64,000 nucleotides of DNA from Octopus sinensis (GCF_006345805.1 NC_042997.1:163494001-163558000), one strand, 5' to 3'. Counted from the first letter of the stretch, positions 13,550 through 26,538 are shown. The notes: generated by a model not told the origin, from the letters alone. Program-made: numbers and translations.

Positions 13550-13933
13550 GCGTAGGAGTGGCTGTGTGGTAAGTAGGTTGCTTATCAACCACATGGTTTC
13601 GGGTTCAGTCCCACTGCGTGGCACCTTGGGCAAGTGCTTCGGGCCGACCAAAGCATTGTGAGTGGATTTGGTAGAAGCCCGTCGTATATATGTATATATA
13701 TGTATATGTGTGTATATGTTTGTGTGTCTGTGTTTGTCCTCCCAACATCGCTTGACAACCGGTGCTGGTGTGTTTATGTCCCCGTAACTTAGCAGTTTGG
13801 CAAAAGAGACCGATAGAATAAGTACTAGGCTACAAAGAATAAGTCCTGGGTGATTTGCTTGACTAAAGGTGGTGCTCCAGCATGGCTGCAGTCAAATGAC
13901 TGAAACAAGTAAAAGAACAAAAGAACAAAAGAA
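13548..13933 (+). mobile_element. SINE family A, full length, relatively young
   Basis: aggcgtaggagtggctgtgtggtaag... through the aaaagaac tail; CpGs retained. Confidence 0.9.
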
Positions 13934-14709
13934 TATATATATATGTATATATATGTGTGTGTGTATATATATATATATATTATATATAATATATATATAT
14001 ATATATATTATATATAACCTCATCATCATTATCATCCTCATTTACATGCTAGCATGGTTTAATGTAAACATAATGAACTGTAAAACACATGACATGACAT
14101 ACAATTAAAATAAATTATGTACATATTCCCATATATATGCCAATGCATATAAATATGTGTATATTTGAAGAGGTATACATTCTTTGTATATGTTCTTATT
14201 GGTAAATCATCCAGGTATGAAATTGGTGTGCTATTCACTGTTTCTTAGGTAAACTGAGCAGAGAACATAAGTGTACTGGGGCTGATGTAAGAGAGAGAAT
14301 AAGGAGCAAGTGAAAAAATAGGGAGTGAGAAAGAGAGAGTGAGAGAGAAATACTCGAGAGGTTTGGTTATATGTTTTCTTCTCTAAGTGTGAAGACAAGT
14401 ATATATTACAGTTATACCCATTTAGCTTTGTTACTAATTTATTTTTATAGTCTTTTAGTTTGTTACGTGAATAACAGGTGTTCAGTGTTCTTTACATTGT
14501 TTTAACTCTCTCTTATCTTCAGGTTTCAAAATTACTTAGGTTTTGTATTCAAGAATTTGTAAAATCTTTGAGATGGTTCAGTTGTACAAGAAGTAGGTCA
14601 GTGACCAATTTATGGTTCGGGCTTAATTTTAGTTAGTTTCATTTCCTTCTTGTTAATTATTGTAACTATAATCACTTCAGAGGTATTTTCAAATATGAAA
14701 TGTTTTTAA

Positions 14710-14930
14710 CTCTTATATTACTGTATTTATTTTGAGATGCTCTGTGTTTCTTTTAATTACTTTAAATATAACAAAAGAATTTAGTAAAATAACTTTGGTA
14801 TCATTCAGCTGGTGTTAGGAACATAAAGTGTGACTAAGGTTTGGTGGAAGATTTTAATTCAAAACTAATGGAAGCAAAACATTTGTACTTAGAGCCAGAG
14901 CCGGTTTCAGCCGGGTTGGTAACGAAAGGG
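14710..14930 (+). mobile_element. piggyBac-like MITE (family 1)
   Basis: Flanked by TTAA (14706-14709 and 14931-14934), ends ...cgaaaggg, and matches 17217-17434. Confidence 0.75.
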
Positions 14931-16060
14931 TTAAACAAGAAAGGGAGAACATTTTGACAGTTCTCCTCTTGAATACCTTAAACAGTTCAAAAGTGGAATA
15001 AATTATATCATTTTTGCACTGATTGCCAACACAGACCATCACAAGTATCTTCAGATCGTACTGTTTACTGTTGAATATATAAGCTGTAGATATCGAGACA
15101 GATTATTTTACAGTGAAGTCATAGTGTGATACGTAACTGACGGAGCTGTAAATTCTTGGCTAATCAAGCTTGCAGTCCAATTTAAATTTTCAATAAGCAT
15201 GACTCCTCTTCTTTGATGAATGGTTGTTATCAAAGGCATGAAACCATGAATTCATATTTCACTTACCCTTTATTTCTGAGGCTTTACATATAAATATGGA
15301 AATATCATTGCAGATTCATATAAAGTGTTAGTCATTTATCTCATAAATTATGAATTTGTAATGTGTCATGGATGTGACATTATGTAAGCAGCTCTACCCA
15401 ACTGGAAACTGGGTGCCAAGTATTTTATTTGAATGACTGGGCTGTTGTTGATTGCAGAACAAGCTGAATAAATGATGAATTGTAAGGTGATTTTTTTTCA
15501 GCTCAAACTTTGTATCTCTAATTCAAGAATGTTTCAAATTTTCAACTTTGACAGAATTGGAAAAAGGCTATAAGCTAGAGCAAAGCAATTTTGGTGTAAA
15601 TTTATTCTTAGAGTAAGCCATTTCAAACATATTAGGATGAATAACCAGCAAGGAAATCTCTGTGCAGTTGTTTCATCTGCTAGAACTAGCAACCAAATCC
15701 ACCTCAGGCCATACTCTAATTGTCATAAACAAGGAAAGGGTGGATTCGCTTTTTTTTTTATCTTTTATTCAGGAAAGAAATCAGTGCCTATGATTCATCA
15801 CAGGGCTTCTGAGACAAGTGTGAGAGAAGGATGAAGATTTTCTCAAACTGGAAATAAGGCCTAAATGCTTGCAGCAGAATGAACTCTGCTGAAGGCACCC
15901 AAGGCACCTGGTTGTGGTGTTCAACCAGGAAATGGGTTAGGTCTACTATCCATGTAGGCCATGATAAAATTTGAATTCCGAAAGCAAAAATCAAGGACAA
16001 ATACCACAAGGTATTTGGTTTGATGTTATTACAGTCCTGACAATCCACCACCTTGAATTA

Positions 16061-16165
16061 GTACATTTTTATTAACTTTGAAAGACTAAAAGGCAAAGTT
16101 TGATCTCAGTAGGATTTGAGCTGAAAGTCAGAGGGTTGGGACAAGTACCATGAAACACTCTATCC
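16061..16165 (-). mobile_element. Degenerate SINE family C fragment
   Basis: aaaaggcaaagtttgatctcagtaggatttgagc resembles the family C reverse complement. Confidence 0.5.
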
Positions 16166-16439
16166 AATTTGGTGCCAAATATAGTCCTTGATATATCCTT
16201 AAAAAGATGAGGTGGTTACAGTTAGAAAGTTTTTGAACATAGGTTTGCTTGCTTAGAGTTGATTTTGGTCTAACAACAAGAACAACAAAAGCAAATAATA
16301 TACTTTATCTAAGATATCGGTGAAAGAGAGGGATGAAAGGAAATGGGAAATATACTGTTTGCATGTGTGTGTGTGTGTGCGTGTGTGTGTGTGTGTGCGT
16401 GCAAGAAAAGAGGGAGAGAAAGAGAGAGAGGGAGGGAGG

Positions 16440-16485
<46 letters not shown>

Positions 16486-17002
16486 TTATTTGTGGTCTAG
16501 GGCTTAGGGCTGTGGAAGTTTATAACATTAATTTTGATTCTGGAGGTTTGTTTTAATAATTAATGCTAAATTCTAACTACTATAAATGTAATTTATATTT
16601 TATATGTAATTACCAAGTTGAATCCATTAATTCTAAGATTAGTTTTATATTTTAATCAAACTTTTCTCTTCATTTTGTAACTATTTTCATTGGTGATATT
16701 TTAAATGGGATATTAAGTTATCATAATGAGGTAAAAACAAAAAAAAAATATTATTGAGGTTAATTACTCAGAGAGACTATGTTTCAGTCTTATTAATTAT
16801 TCAGTCATGTTCTGCTCTTCTCATATCTCATAAGCAAAGTATGAATTCTGGGGTAGTAATGAGTGAATCACTATGTAGTTGTACACTATTGTACATGAAT
16901 AAGCATAGGTAAGTAGCATATTAACAAACAACAACAACATCAAATCACTGAGGCATCATTCACATGATAAACAATAGTTAAATCAGTGTTAATATATTTA
17001 AT

Positions 17003-17822
17003 GTGGTAAGGCGGCATACTAGCAGAATCCGTAACATGCTAGGCAAAACGCTTAGTGGCATTTTGTCCATCTTTATGTTCTGAGTTCAAATTCCATGTAA
17101 GTTGACTTTACCTTACATCTTTTTGGGGTCTATAACAAAGTACCAGTTGAGCACTGGGGTTGATGTAATCAACTTACCTCTTCCCCAAACTTGTTGGCTT
17201 TGAGCCAAATATTTAACCCTTTTACTACCATATTTATTTTGAGACGCTCTGTGTTTCTTTCAATTGATTTTGAATATAACAAAGAATTTAGTAAAATAAC
17301 TTAGTTATCATTAAGCTAGTGTTAGGAAGATTTTAATTCAGGTTTGGTGGAAGATTTTAATTCAGAATTTATGAAAACAAGACATTTGTACTACAGAGTC
17401 AGAGGCAGTTTCAGCCAGGTTGGTATCGAAAGGGTTAAGGCAAAATGCTTAGCGGCGTTTTGTTTGTCTTTATGTTCTGAGTTCAAATTCCCCCGCAGTT
17501 AACTTTACCTTTCATCCTTTTGTGCACTGGGGTCAATGTAATTGACTAAACCCCTCCCTGAAATTGCTGGCCTCATGCCAAAATTTAAAACCATTATAAG
17601 AATCCCCTAATGTGGTGAGCTGACAATTGCTACCATGCTGGGAAAAATGCTTAGAGACATTTCTTCCCACTCTATGTTCTGAGTTCAAATGCAGCCAGGG
17701 TCAAATTCGCCTTTCATCATCTTGGAGTCAATAAAATAACTACTAGTTGCATGTTGAGATCAATGTTATCAACTTATCCCCTACTCCCAAATTACTGGCC
17801 TTGTGCCAAAATTTGAAATCAA
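17003..17822 (+). mobile_element. Three tandem SINE family C copies (17003-17212, 17438-17592, 17608-17822)
   Basis: Repeated ttctgagttcaaattc...ctttcatc...ggccttgtgccaaaattt. Confidence 0.8.
17217..17434 (+). mobile_element. piggyBac-like MITE (family 1)
   Basis: TTAA|ccctttt...cgaaaggg|TTAA with imperfect ~13-bp TIRs. TTAA TSD and CCC ends are the established piggyBac signature. Confidence 0.82.
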
Positions 17823-18361
17823 TATATTTAATGTGTTGAGTATTAAATATCTACTATATTTACTTATGTGTAATTTGTTGGGTAGCATTATACCTGAATA
17901 TAAAAGACAAAAATAAGAAAAGATAAATAAAAATAAAAATTTTAGGTACTATTGTACCTAAAAATGGGGGAAATCACCTTATATTCGTGGTTGCCTTGTA
18001 CTTAAGTGAAAATGGTAATTAGAAATACTTGTATGGTAGAGGTAAAGATAGCATTAACACAACAATTCTTATTATGTGCTTAATGCTCAATATGTTAAAT
18101 ATGCTAATACTAACTAATCATAAATAAATAATGATGAATGTTTTGTTTGGATTTTGAAGGAAAGAGTAGAGGCAAATAAGTGTTTCAGTTGGAGACATTT
18201 TTGGTGCCACTAATAATATCCTTCAGAAAAGATGAACCTCATCTTACAATATTCTTTCTGCTCTTGTATCAGTTTGAGAATTGAATACAGTTTGGAATAT
18301 TGTTTGGATTCTATGGTAGGTGCTGCATTGTAGATAATTATATTTTTGATGAGTTTAAGTC

Positions 18362-18620
18362 TGCATGGGTGTTGGTACCACATAAAAGCACCCTTGTTGG
18401 TGCCGCATAAAAAAACATCTGTGCTGGTGCCACATAAACAGCACCCTGTACACTCTGTAAAGTGGGTGGTGTGAGGAAGGGTATCCAGTCATAGAAACCA
18501 CACCAAAACAGACAATTGGAGCCTGGGCAGCTCTCTAGCTGGTCAGCTCCTGTCAAACCATCCAACCCATACCAACATGGAAAATGGATGTTAAATGATG
18601 ATGATGATGATAATGATAAT
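18362..18620 (+). mobile_element. Old RTE-type 3' UTR fragment with (GAT)n tail
   Basis: ccaacccataccaacatggaaaatggatgttaaatgatgatg terminus is shared with the RTE at 34.5 kb. Confidence 0.7.
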
Positions 18621-18702
18621 GAAGTCCATGACTTGGTTTTAGTTCCAAGATTAATTCACTTTACTTCTCTTATGCCCTTATTACTGTCTGATGTTTTAAA
18701 AA

Positions 18703-18918
18703 TGGTTTCAAATTTTGGTAGAAGGTCAGCAATGTTTGAGGAGATGGGGAAGCCAACTTTATCAACTCCAGTATTTGAGTAGTACTTATTTTAATGATCT
18801 CAGAAGGATGAAAGGCAAAATCAACCTTGATGTAATTTGATCTCAGAATGTAAAAAAGGGACAAAGTACCGCTAAGCATTTTGCTCCTCATTTTATTGGT
18901 TCAGCCAGCTCGCTGCTT
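18703..18918 (-). mobile_element. SINE family C
   Basis: Reverse-complement match from ggtttcaaattttgg to cagccagctcgctgc. Confidence 0.75.
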
Positions 18919-19234
18919 TCTGATGCTCCAATAATAATTCTTGAAAAGCTCCTCGAAGTACAATCAGACTTGTATTTCTGGTATTATAAGAAATAATTTT
19001 AAGCAAAAAAGAATGACAGATTGAGAAAAGGGGTTAAAATCAAATATTTACTGCTTGCTGTTTTACCAAACCATCAAAGGATCTTTTATGTGATCTGGTC
19101 ATTTTAACAAGAGAGCCTTTATGTGGTGTTGTGAATATAAAAGTCCTTTGTTTCTGCTTTTAATCAGAGGTACCTTGTTATTTTTATCTCGCCTGTTTAT
19201 CACATTGAATTCTCCTAAAGATGTGTGATTTAGA

Positions 19235-19545
19235 AGTTTGCATATTTGGCTCATGATCATAAGACCATGAGTTCGATTTCTGGCAGTGCATTGTGTTCTT
19301 GAGCAAGGTACTTTATTTTACATTGTTCAAGTTCACTCAGCTGACAAAAATGAGTATTGCCTGTATTTCAAAGGACCAGCCTTGTCACATTCTGTGTCAT
19401 GCTGAATCTCCCTGAGAACTTCGTTATGGATATGTGTGTCTGTAGAGTGCTCAGCCACTTGCATGTTAATTTCACATGGAGTCTATTCCATTGATTGGAT
19501 CAACTGGAACACTCACCATTGTGATTGATGAAATGCCATATTCTT
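19235..19545 (+). mobile_element. SINE family B
   Basis: B-box-like gagttcgatttc and central ccttgtcacattctgtgtcatgctgaatctccctgagaac. Confidence 0.78.
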
Positions 19546-19547
19546 CT

Positions 19548-20015
19548 AAGCAAATTGGATGTTGTATGGATATCCACCCTGTCAAACAACCATAAGAGGA
19601 ATTTTTTCTGTGCAACAATAGAGTCAGTCCTTTAAATGGAGTAACAGCCTGGATGCTTACCAAAAAAAACTGGAATCTAAGCTAGATGGAAATTACACTT
19701 GAATGTTCAAAGCAGTCTTAGATATATCTTGGAGAACTCATTCCACCAAGAAATAGCTGTATGGAGATCTGCCTGTTTCCATAGGTATAAGGGAAAGTGC
19801 TTGTGCTTTGCAGCCCATTGCTGGTGAGCTAAGCAATAGCTAGCAGGTAACCTACTGCTATGAATGATAAAGCATGGCTGTACTTGAACAGGCTATCCAA
19901 ACAATATATATAGATTAATTCACCAGAGACATCGGATGCCTCTCTGAAGATCTAACTCAACAAATGCAGGACCAAAATGAATCATGTATGTGGGTTAAAA
20001 ATATTCAAATGAACT
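19548..20015 (+). pseudogene. Decayed non-LTR retrotransposon (RTE-X-like) RT C-terminal fragment
   Basis: Translation across frameshifts and stops gives FFCATIESVL..AWMLTKKLESKLDGNYT*MFKAVLDISWRTH..LYGDLP, typical of the post-RT region of RTE-group LINEs. Confidence 0.68.
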
Positions 20016-20714
20016 TGACCAAATGATGTTTATCATTAGCCTGCTCAATCTTGTTGACTACTGGCGAGAGGTATCTGGCTATATTTAGTCAGCACCAAAA
20101 TAGGTTTTAAGGCACTTGCACAGAAGTGACAGTTGCTTCCTCCTTCATTGTTACATTATTACATTAGTTGCATCAAGTCCCATTTCATAGGTCAATTAGA
20201 CTGAAATGGAGAGAGATTAGTAGTGAACTGACTCAGGAAATCTATCTTATTTTTATGATACAAAAAGTTAATTTACATTCACTCATCTGATGTGATATCT
20301 CTGAAACATCCATTTTTGTTGTTAACCACTGCTGCTGCTACTGTCACTGCTGCCACCACCACCACCACCATCTGTAATCATAGGGTTGTCTTTTTTCCTG
20401 GGGTATATTCATAAAAAAAAGAAAAACCTTTTTTTTGATAATTCATACTACCTGTTAAACTAGTTTATATTGGTCAAAATTGCACAATAGCACATTTTTG
20501 GTTGAAACTAATGTATTATTTTTATGATAAATTGATTAAAATAGCATTGATTTGAAGTGTTTGTCAATTATGAAAACTCAGTGACATATTAAATTGTAGT
20601 AGTTTAGTACATACCAAAAGCAAGATACCACAAATAGACCTGTTATTATTTTGTATCACTACAGCAAGGAAAGCAATGGAAATGTGTCAGTTATTCCTCA
20701 CAAGCAACTATCAA

Positions 20715-20782
<68 letters not shown>

Positions 20783-20824
20783 ATATATATATTATATATA
20801 TCCATATGTATAAAATGGTGATGA

Positions 20825-20858
<34 letters not shown>

Positions 20859-21748
20859 TATTACTGCTGGGTAGAAGTAATAAACATTTTGCCTGTTATC
20901 TGTCTGACAACTAATGCTTTTATGTAACATCACAAGCAAGAAGATGGATCGCAGAAGATTTCCAACAGATGTTTACGTTGATATCATTTGCAATTTTGTT
21001 TCTCTCGATAATTTAACTAATATATACAACTGCAATATATAGCATAATGGAGATGGTTGTGATAATTTTTTTTTATAACTAATATATTTATTTATATATA
21101 AATAGTATCATTTATATATGAATTGTATAGAAATACATTTATTATTTATATATAAATTGTATAGCAAATACATTATACAATTAAAATTTTTCCCTTTGTT
21201 CCTTAAATTTAGATCCTGTTTGCTGACTTAGCGCTTCATATCTCCTCGTTTGATAAAATAACATCCTGATTGATTCAGTTAGTTATACTTCTAACATACA
21301 CTTAGAAAAAATAGGAAGATTAATTTTGTTGTCTTGTGAAAGTCATTATGCCAATAATGATAACACAGGTGCAGTTTCAATTCCACTTCTTTATTGGCAG
21401 TCAATTGGTTGAATATTTAACCAACTAACTAATTGATCATTTGTTTAATGTGTTGGTTAAACAACCAGTCAGTTGTTTATAAGTCAAAATTCTTTTGCTG
21501 CTGTTTGCGACCTTTTTAGTCACTTAGTGGCTTCCCCTCTCTCACCAATCTGCTTTGAGTCTGTTCAACACATGAATTTACACCAAAAATCCTGCAAACC
21601 AAATGCAAAAATGAAATAAGAAAATTAATATTATTACAGTATGTTGAAACTAGCCAGCAGTTGCCTTGTAAGTACAAGTAATAGAGATAAACTGTACTGA
21701 AGCTCACTATATATGTATGTGTTTGTGTGTTTTTGTGTGTGTGTGTAT

Positions 21749-21813
<65 letters not shown>

Positions 21814-22199
21814 TGTGTTTGTGGGGTATGTGCATTAATGTTGACTATCCATGGCTTTACTTGTCACTGTCTGAGCAAAGCAGTGACATGATGGTTACAT
21901 GCCTTGTTGACATTATAACTGACCACTCTCTGTTTTTGAAAGTAAGTGTAATGAAAAGAAAATTCCTTATTTGAAAAATTAGTAAGGATATGCAGGAGGG
22001 AGGACATCTGGTTGTAAAATGCTCTTTCAAATGTGACCGTCCAAACCCACGCTTGCATAAAAAATATCCATTTAACAAACTATCAAATTTAGAGAGTTGA
22101 TCAAGGTGCTGGTTTAATTACCAAACTCGTAGTTACCAGGTTCATGGAAACTGTATATGCTTATAAATTTACTATCATATGCTGTGCTGAAGCACTTCT

Positions 22200-22426
22200 T
22201 ATTTCTTTATTGCCCACAAGGGGCGAAACACAGGGGGGACAAACAAGAACAGACAAACAGATTAAGTCGATTATATCGACCCCAGTGTGTAACTGGTATT
22301 TATTTAATCGACCCCGAAAGGATGAAAGGCAAAGTTGACCTCGGTGGAATTTGAACTCAGAACGTAGCAGCAGACGAAATACCACTGAGCGTTTCGCCCG
22401 GCGTGCTAACGCTTCTGCCAGCTCAC
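22200..22426 (-). mobile_element. Young SINE family C copy with target-site duplication
   Basis: CpG-rich and complete; tgctgaagcacttct at 22185-22199 and again at 22427-22441. Confidence 0.92.
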
Positions 22427-22734
22427 TGCTGAAGCACTTCTGGAGGCAAGTGCTGCAGAAAGGAGATAAGTTACCAAGAAGCTGAACCTATAACTAGGTT
22501 CTAGTTCCTGATAATAGATATTTTATTTTACTTATATTACTTATATTACTAATTATCTCAAAAAGACATGGTTGTCATAGATCCCATTTCTTTCTCCCTT
22601 AAATCAAAATAATCATCCATAAACAGGTGATAAACAATGAAATATTTGTCTGTATCAATTTACTTTACCAGAGAATAAGCAATTCATTAAAATTGATTGC
22701 TTTGTGATTTTTAGCCCCAGCCTATTCAAAGTAC

Positions 22735-23360
22735 CTTGGATTGCAGAACGACCTGCTGTGCTTACCTTGGATCGTAGAGTGACCTGTTGTGCTTGAGGAG
22801 ACCTATTGAATCAAGTACATCAACATCAATATCAATATCAAAATAAATATCAAATGGAAATTGTAGTTACGACACCTGTGCTGGCAGCACGTAAAAAGCA
22901 CCATCCGAACGTGGCCGATGCCAGCGCTGCCTTGACTGGCTTCTGTGTTTGAAGAGACCTGCTGTGTTTGAGGAGACCTATTGAGTCAAGTTCATAAACA
23001 CTCAAATAAATATCAAATGGAAATAGTAGTTGTGATACCTGTGCCGGTGGCACATAAAAAGCACCATCCGAATGTGGCCGATGCCAGCGCCACCTTGACT
23101 GGCTTCTGTGCCGGTGGTACGTAAAAAGCACCAACCGATTGTGGCTGCTGCCAGCCTTCCCTGGCACCTGTGCCAGTGGCATGTAAAAAGCACCCACTAC
23201 ACTCACGGAGTGGTTGGCATTAGGAAGGGCATCCAGCTGTAGAAACACTGCCAGATCAGACTGGAGCCTGGTGCAGCCTCCTGGCTTCCCAGACCCCGGT
23301 CGAATCGTCCAACCCATGCTAGCACGGAAAATGGATGTTAAACGATGATGATGAGGATGA
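22735..23360 (+). mobile_element. RTE-type 3' UTR copy with an internal ~160-bp duplication
   Basis: Homologous to the 3' UTR of the 34.5-kb RTE; ends ccatgctagcacggaaaatggatgttaaacgatgatg. Confidence 0.85.
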
Positions 23361-24017
23361 ATGTCTCATAAAACTTCAAACAAATTCCTTTCCACCTGCT
23401 TCAATTAATTGCAACTATAGATCTTTTTTAATATCTGTGTCATAAAATCTATTTAATTCTGCTCTGCTGTTTCTTGCTAGAGTATATGAACAATTTATCA
23501 GCTTATCTGCACGTGCTAAAGTTTGATGAAAGCTAATTTCCATATGAGCCTTTACCAGGATGTAATGTTTTGGTTCCTATTATTGTTATATCTGATAGTT
23601 ATACTACTTTGTATTGTATAGATTAGTTGTTGGAAACAGGAGTGATTTTTAAATGAGTAGAGATAAGTGTCCTTATCAGTTTTTTCTCTTTCCTTTTTAC
23701 TTTGTACTTTTACACTTGCTGGCTCTAGAGCAAGCGGCAGTTCCCATGCCTCCACGGGCCCTCCTATACCATTGAGATTGATGCCACTAATGTTTTGCTA
23801 GATGAAATTCCAGATTGTCAGTGTAGGGATTAGTATGAAACCTGGCAGAGTTGGACTCAATGTGGGTGATGAGAGGAGAAAAAATAAGGTAGTAGAGATG
23901 GCATGAGCCTAGCCAGTACTGGCAGAAAAGACAGAGATGAAACAGTGTGTCTGTGGACCAGAAGATCGAGTGTGTGTGTGAGTTACTTATGTCAATCTAC
24001 CAGGCAGCTCTTTTCTG

Positions 24018-24250
24018 GATGTGATTTAGGTTATCTGCACTCAGCTGTAGAAATGAGTTGCAATGTCACTGGTGCCAAGCTGTATTGGTCTTTGCCCTCC
24101 TTTTGGACAACATTGGTGGCATTGAGAGGGGAAACTGAAATGCATGGGTGACTGCTGGTTTTTCACAAACAACCTTGCCCAGGCTTGTGCCACAGAGAAG
24201 AACTTTCTGGGTGCAATCCCATGGTCATTTGTGACTGAAGGGGTTTTTTA
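24018..24250 (+). mobile_element. SINE family B variant, 5'-truncated
   Basis: cactcagctgtagaaatgagttg...ggtgcaatcccatggtcatt matches 40628-40945. Confidence 0.72.
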
Positions 24251-24819
24251 TGCATGTAGCAGCAGCACCATCTCAGATATGTGGGCAATACTCCATTGTG
24301 AGCCACACTTGAATTCAAAGAAGACTTGCTCATTCTGCTGCTACATGCACATACATTCTAAACTATTCCCAAAAATACCATTTGACTGATTGACAAAGAT
24401 TCATTCACCATTATTCTATATAGTAGCAATGCTAGAATGTCTACTACCTGGGGCAGCCTTTGAATTTGTCCTCACCTCCAACACTGGGCCCCTCAGGCCT
24501 ATACATATCTGTGCAACAAACCCAAAAGAAGAGTGTTGCCCAGGGAAGACTGCACCCTTTGTCCCAAACTCCCAGCTATGCTTCTGATGCTATAACTACT
24601 GGCATTTCTTGTACAACTAGTGCAATAGCCTCTGATTCTGTCATCTAGCAGTTTGTGCACCACTTCTACCCTGGCCCATTTCACGTATCTTTCTCTCTTC
24701 CTCTCATCATTGTTGCTGTGTTTCTCTCACTAGAGCCTACACTAAATACTTTCACCAGATAAACATACCTAGAGTTGCAATTCTGAATTTCCTTCTCTAT
24801 CTTGTTGATATTGTGTAAC

Positions 24820-24972
24820 ACCAGTTGTCTGTCTTTACATTCTGAGTTCAAATTCTGCCAAGGCTGACTTGGCCTTTCATTCTTTCAGTGTCGATGAAAT
24901 AAGTACCAGTTGATATAACTTACTTACCCTTGCCCCTGAAATTGCTGGCCTTGTACCAAAATTTGAAACCAA
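24820..24972 (+). mobile_element. SINE family C
   Basis: ttctgagttcaaattctgcc...ggccttgtaccaaaatttgaaacc. Confidence 0.75.
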
Positions 24973-25559
24973 TGTTGCCAACCCCAAGTCAACTCACACT
25001 ATATGCATTCCATCCATGACCATCCTATTTTTTAGGAGTACTTAAGATGTTATATATTATCCAATATGTACTTTCCTTATTTAACATGGTGAAGTGTGAG
25101 TTAAGAAGAAATTTGGCTGCTATTTTCAGTAGGTTCAGTGACCATGTATAGACTCCTCTATTGATTCAATCCAGCACATATCTTTCTTAGAGGTATAAAC
25201 CACTACAACTTCAAACTGAACATTGGCCAGATTACCAGTCTGGGATGACCTACAAAGGTCATAGATTCCAGTCCCCACCACAAACATGTTTTATGCTGAC
25301 TAATCAATAATTAGAGAAAAACGGAAAAAGAACAAAAAATGTAACATGTGTCACAAGTGTTGACCTAACAAATCAGGAACTGAATCTCGAAAACACCCAG
25401 CTGCTTAATATCCTGTTGTTACAAGCAAACAGGGGAAGCATTTACATGGTTGTCTAGCCTGCAAGAAGTAGAAGGCAAGTCTTCCTCAAACTACAACTTA
25501 AAAAGGAAAGAGGTCCATTGGATAATGCAATAGGGGAGTGCTCCTGCTCCTCTTCCTCC

Positions 25560-25985
25560 TACTTGGTTCTTTTTAGGTAGATTTTACTACACTTCTTGAG
25601 TCCAAGTTCATTCTGATATCAGCACTAAAACAGTGGACTGTGGTCACCAAGAAACTCACTTGTGTCTCAACCTTGCCATACAGTTTCAGATCATCTATGA
25701 AGAAGAGGTGGTTGATTGTTTGGGATTTTCCCTTTAGTTGGTACCTCAGTTTCATTTTTCTAAGTGCCAAGGTCAGGGTTGTCATGCAGCGAACAAAAAG
25801 CAACAGAAATAAGCTAACACCCTGGAAAATCCCTCTTCTGTTAGCCAAGGTGCCCAAGCTTTTTCTGTAAGATGTCAGTTCAGTTTTCCACCCCCTCATA
25901 CTTCTCTTCAGGAAACACGTTACATTCCTCACAATTCCAGCACTCAATGATCCATGAATGTAGAATTCCATCATAAGCTTTGTGA
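25560..25985 (-). pseudogene. R4/Dong-type non-LTR retrotransposon RT fragment
   Basis: KAYD..HSWIIEC (other frame), then RRGIFQGVSLFLLLFV and INHLFFIDDLKLYGK, matching RT motifs of RLE-clade LINEs. Confidence 0.88.
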
Positions 25986-25987
25986 TA

Positions 25988-26538
25988 TTATTATTATTAT
26001 TATTATTATTATTATCATTATTATTATTATTATTACTATTTACTTTTAATCTGCATGTTTGTTACAATCACTCACTGAGCCACACTCAGTGTCCTAGGGC
26101 GAGTGAAGGATAAGAGATGTTACAGTATGACTGAAAGCTTGCAGAAGACTAGTAACAGGGGCAGTAGTGAAATATTTCATATAATACAACATACATTTAA
26201 ATTGATAGGGTCTTTCTAAGGATGTGGGCAACACTTGTCAGCACAATCTTTTGGATTTCTCTGAGACATGATTCTCTTGGGATATTATCTAGATGTTTCT
26301 GCATCCCTTTCTTATCATACTAAGGGCACCCACAGTAACAAGAATAGTTCTCACTTTAAGATGCTACATCCTTTATACTTCAATTTCCAGGCCCTTAGAT
26401 TTATTTAATTTGTCAAATTCCTTTACAGATATATTTTTATCAGTGGGAACGCTTACACCTATTAGTCTACAAGTATTTTCTTCTCAGTCTTTAATGACTA
26501 TGTCTGGTCAATTAGCCTTGGTCTTTCTATCAATAATA
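25988..26538 (-). mobile_element. R4/Dong-type 3' end: RLE endonuclease remnant, 3' UTR and (TAA)n tail
   Basis: DRKTKAN*PDIVIKD..TCRLIGVSVPTDKNISVKEFDKL...TVGALSMIRKG...LREIQKIVLTSVAHILRKTLSI*; tail read as (TTA)n on + at 25988-26040. Confidence 0.85.
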
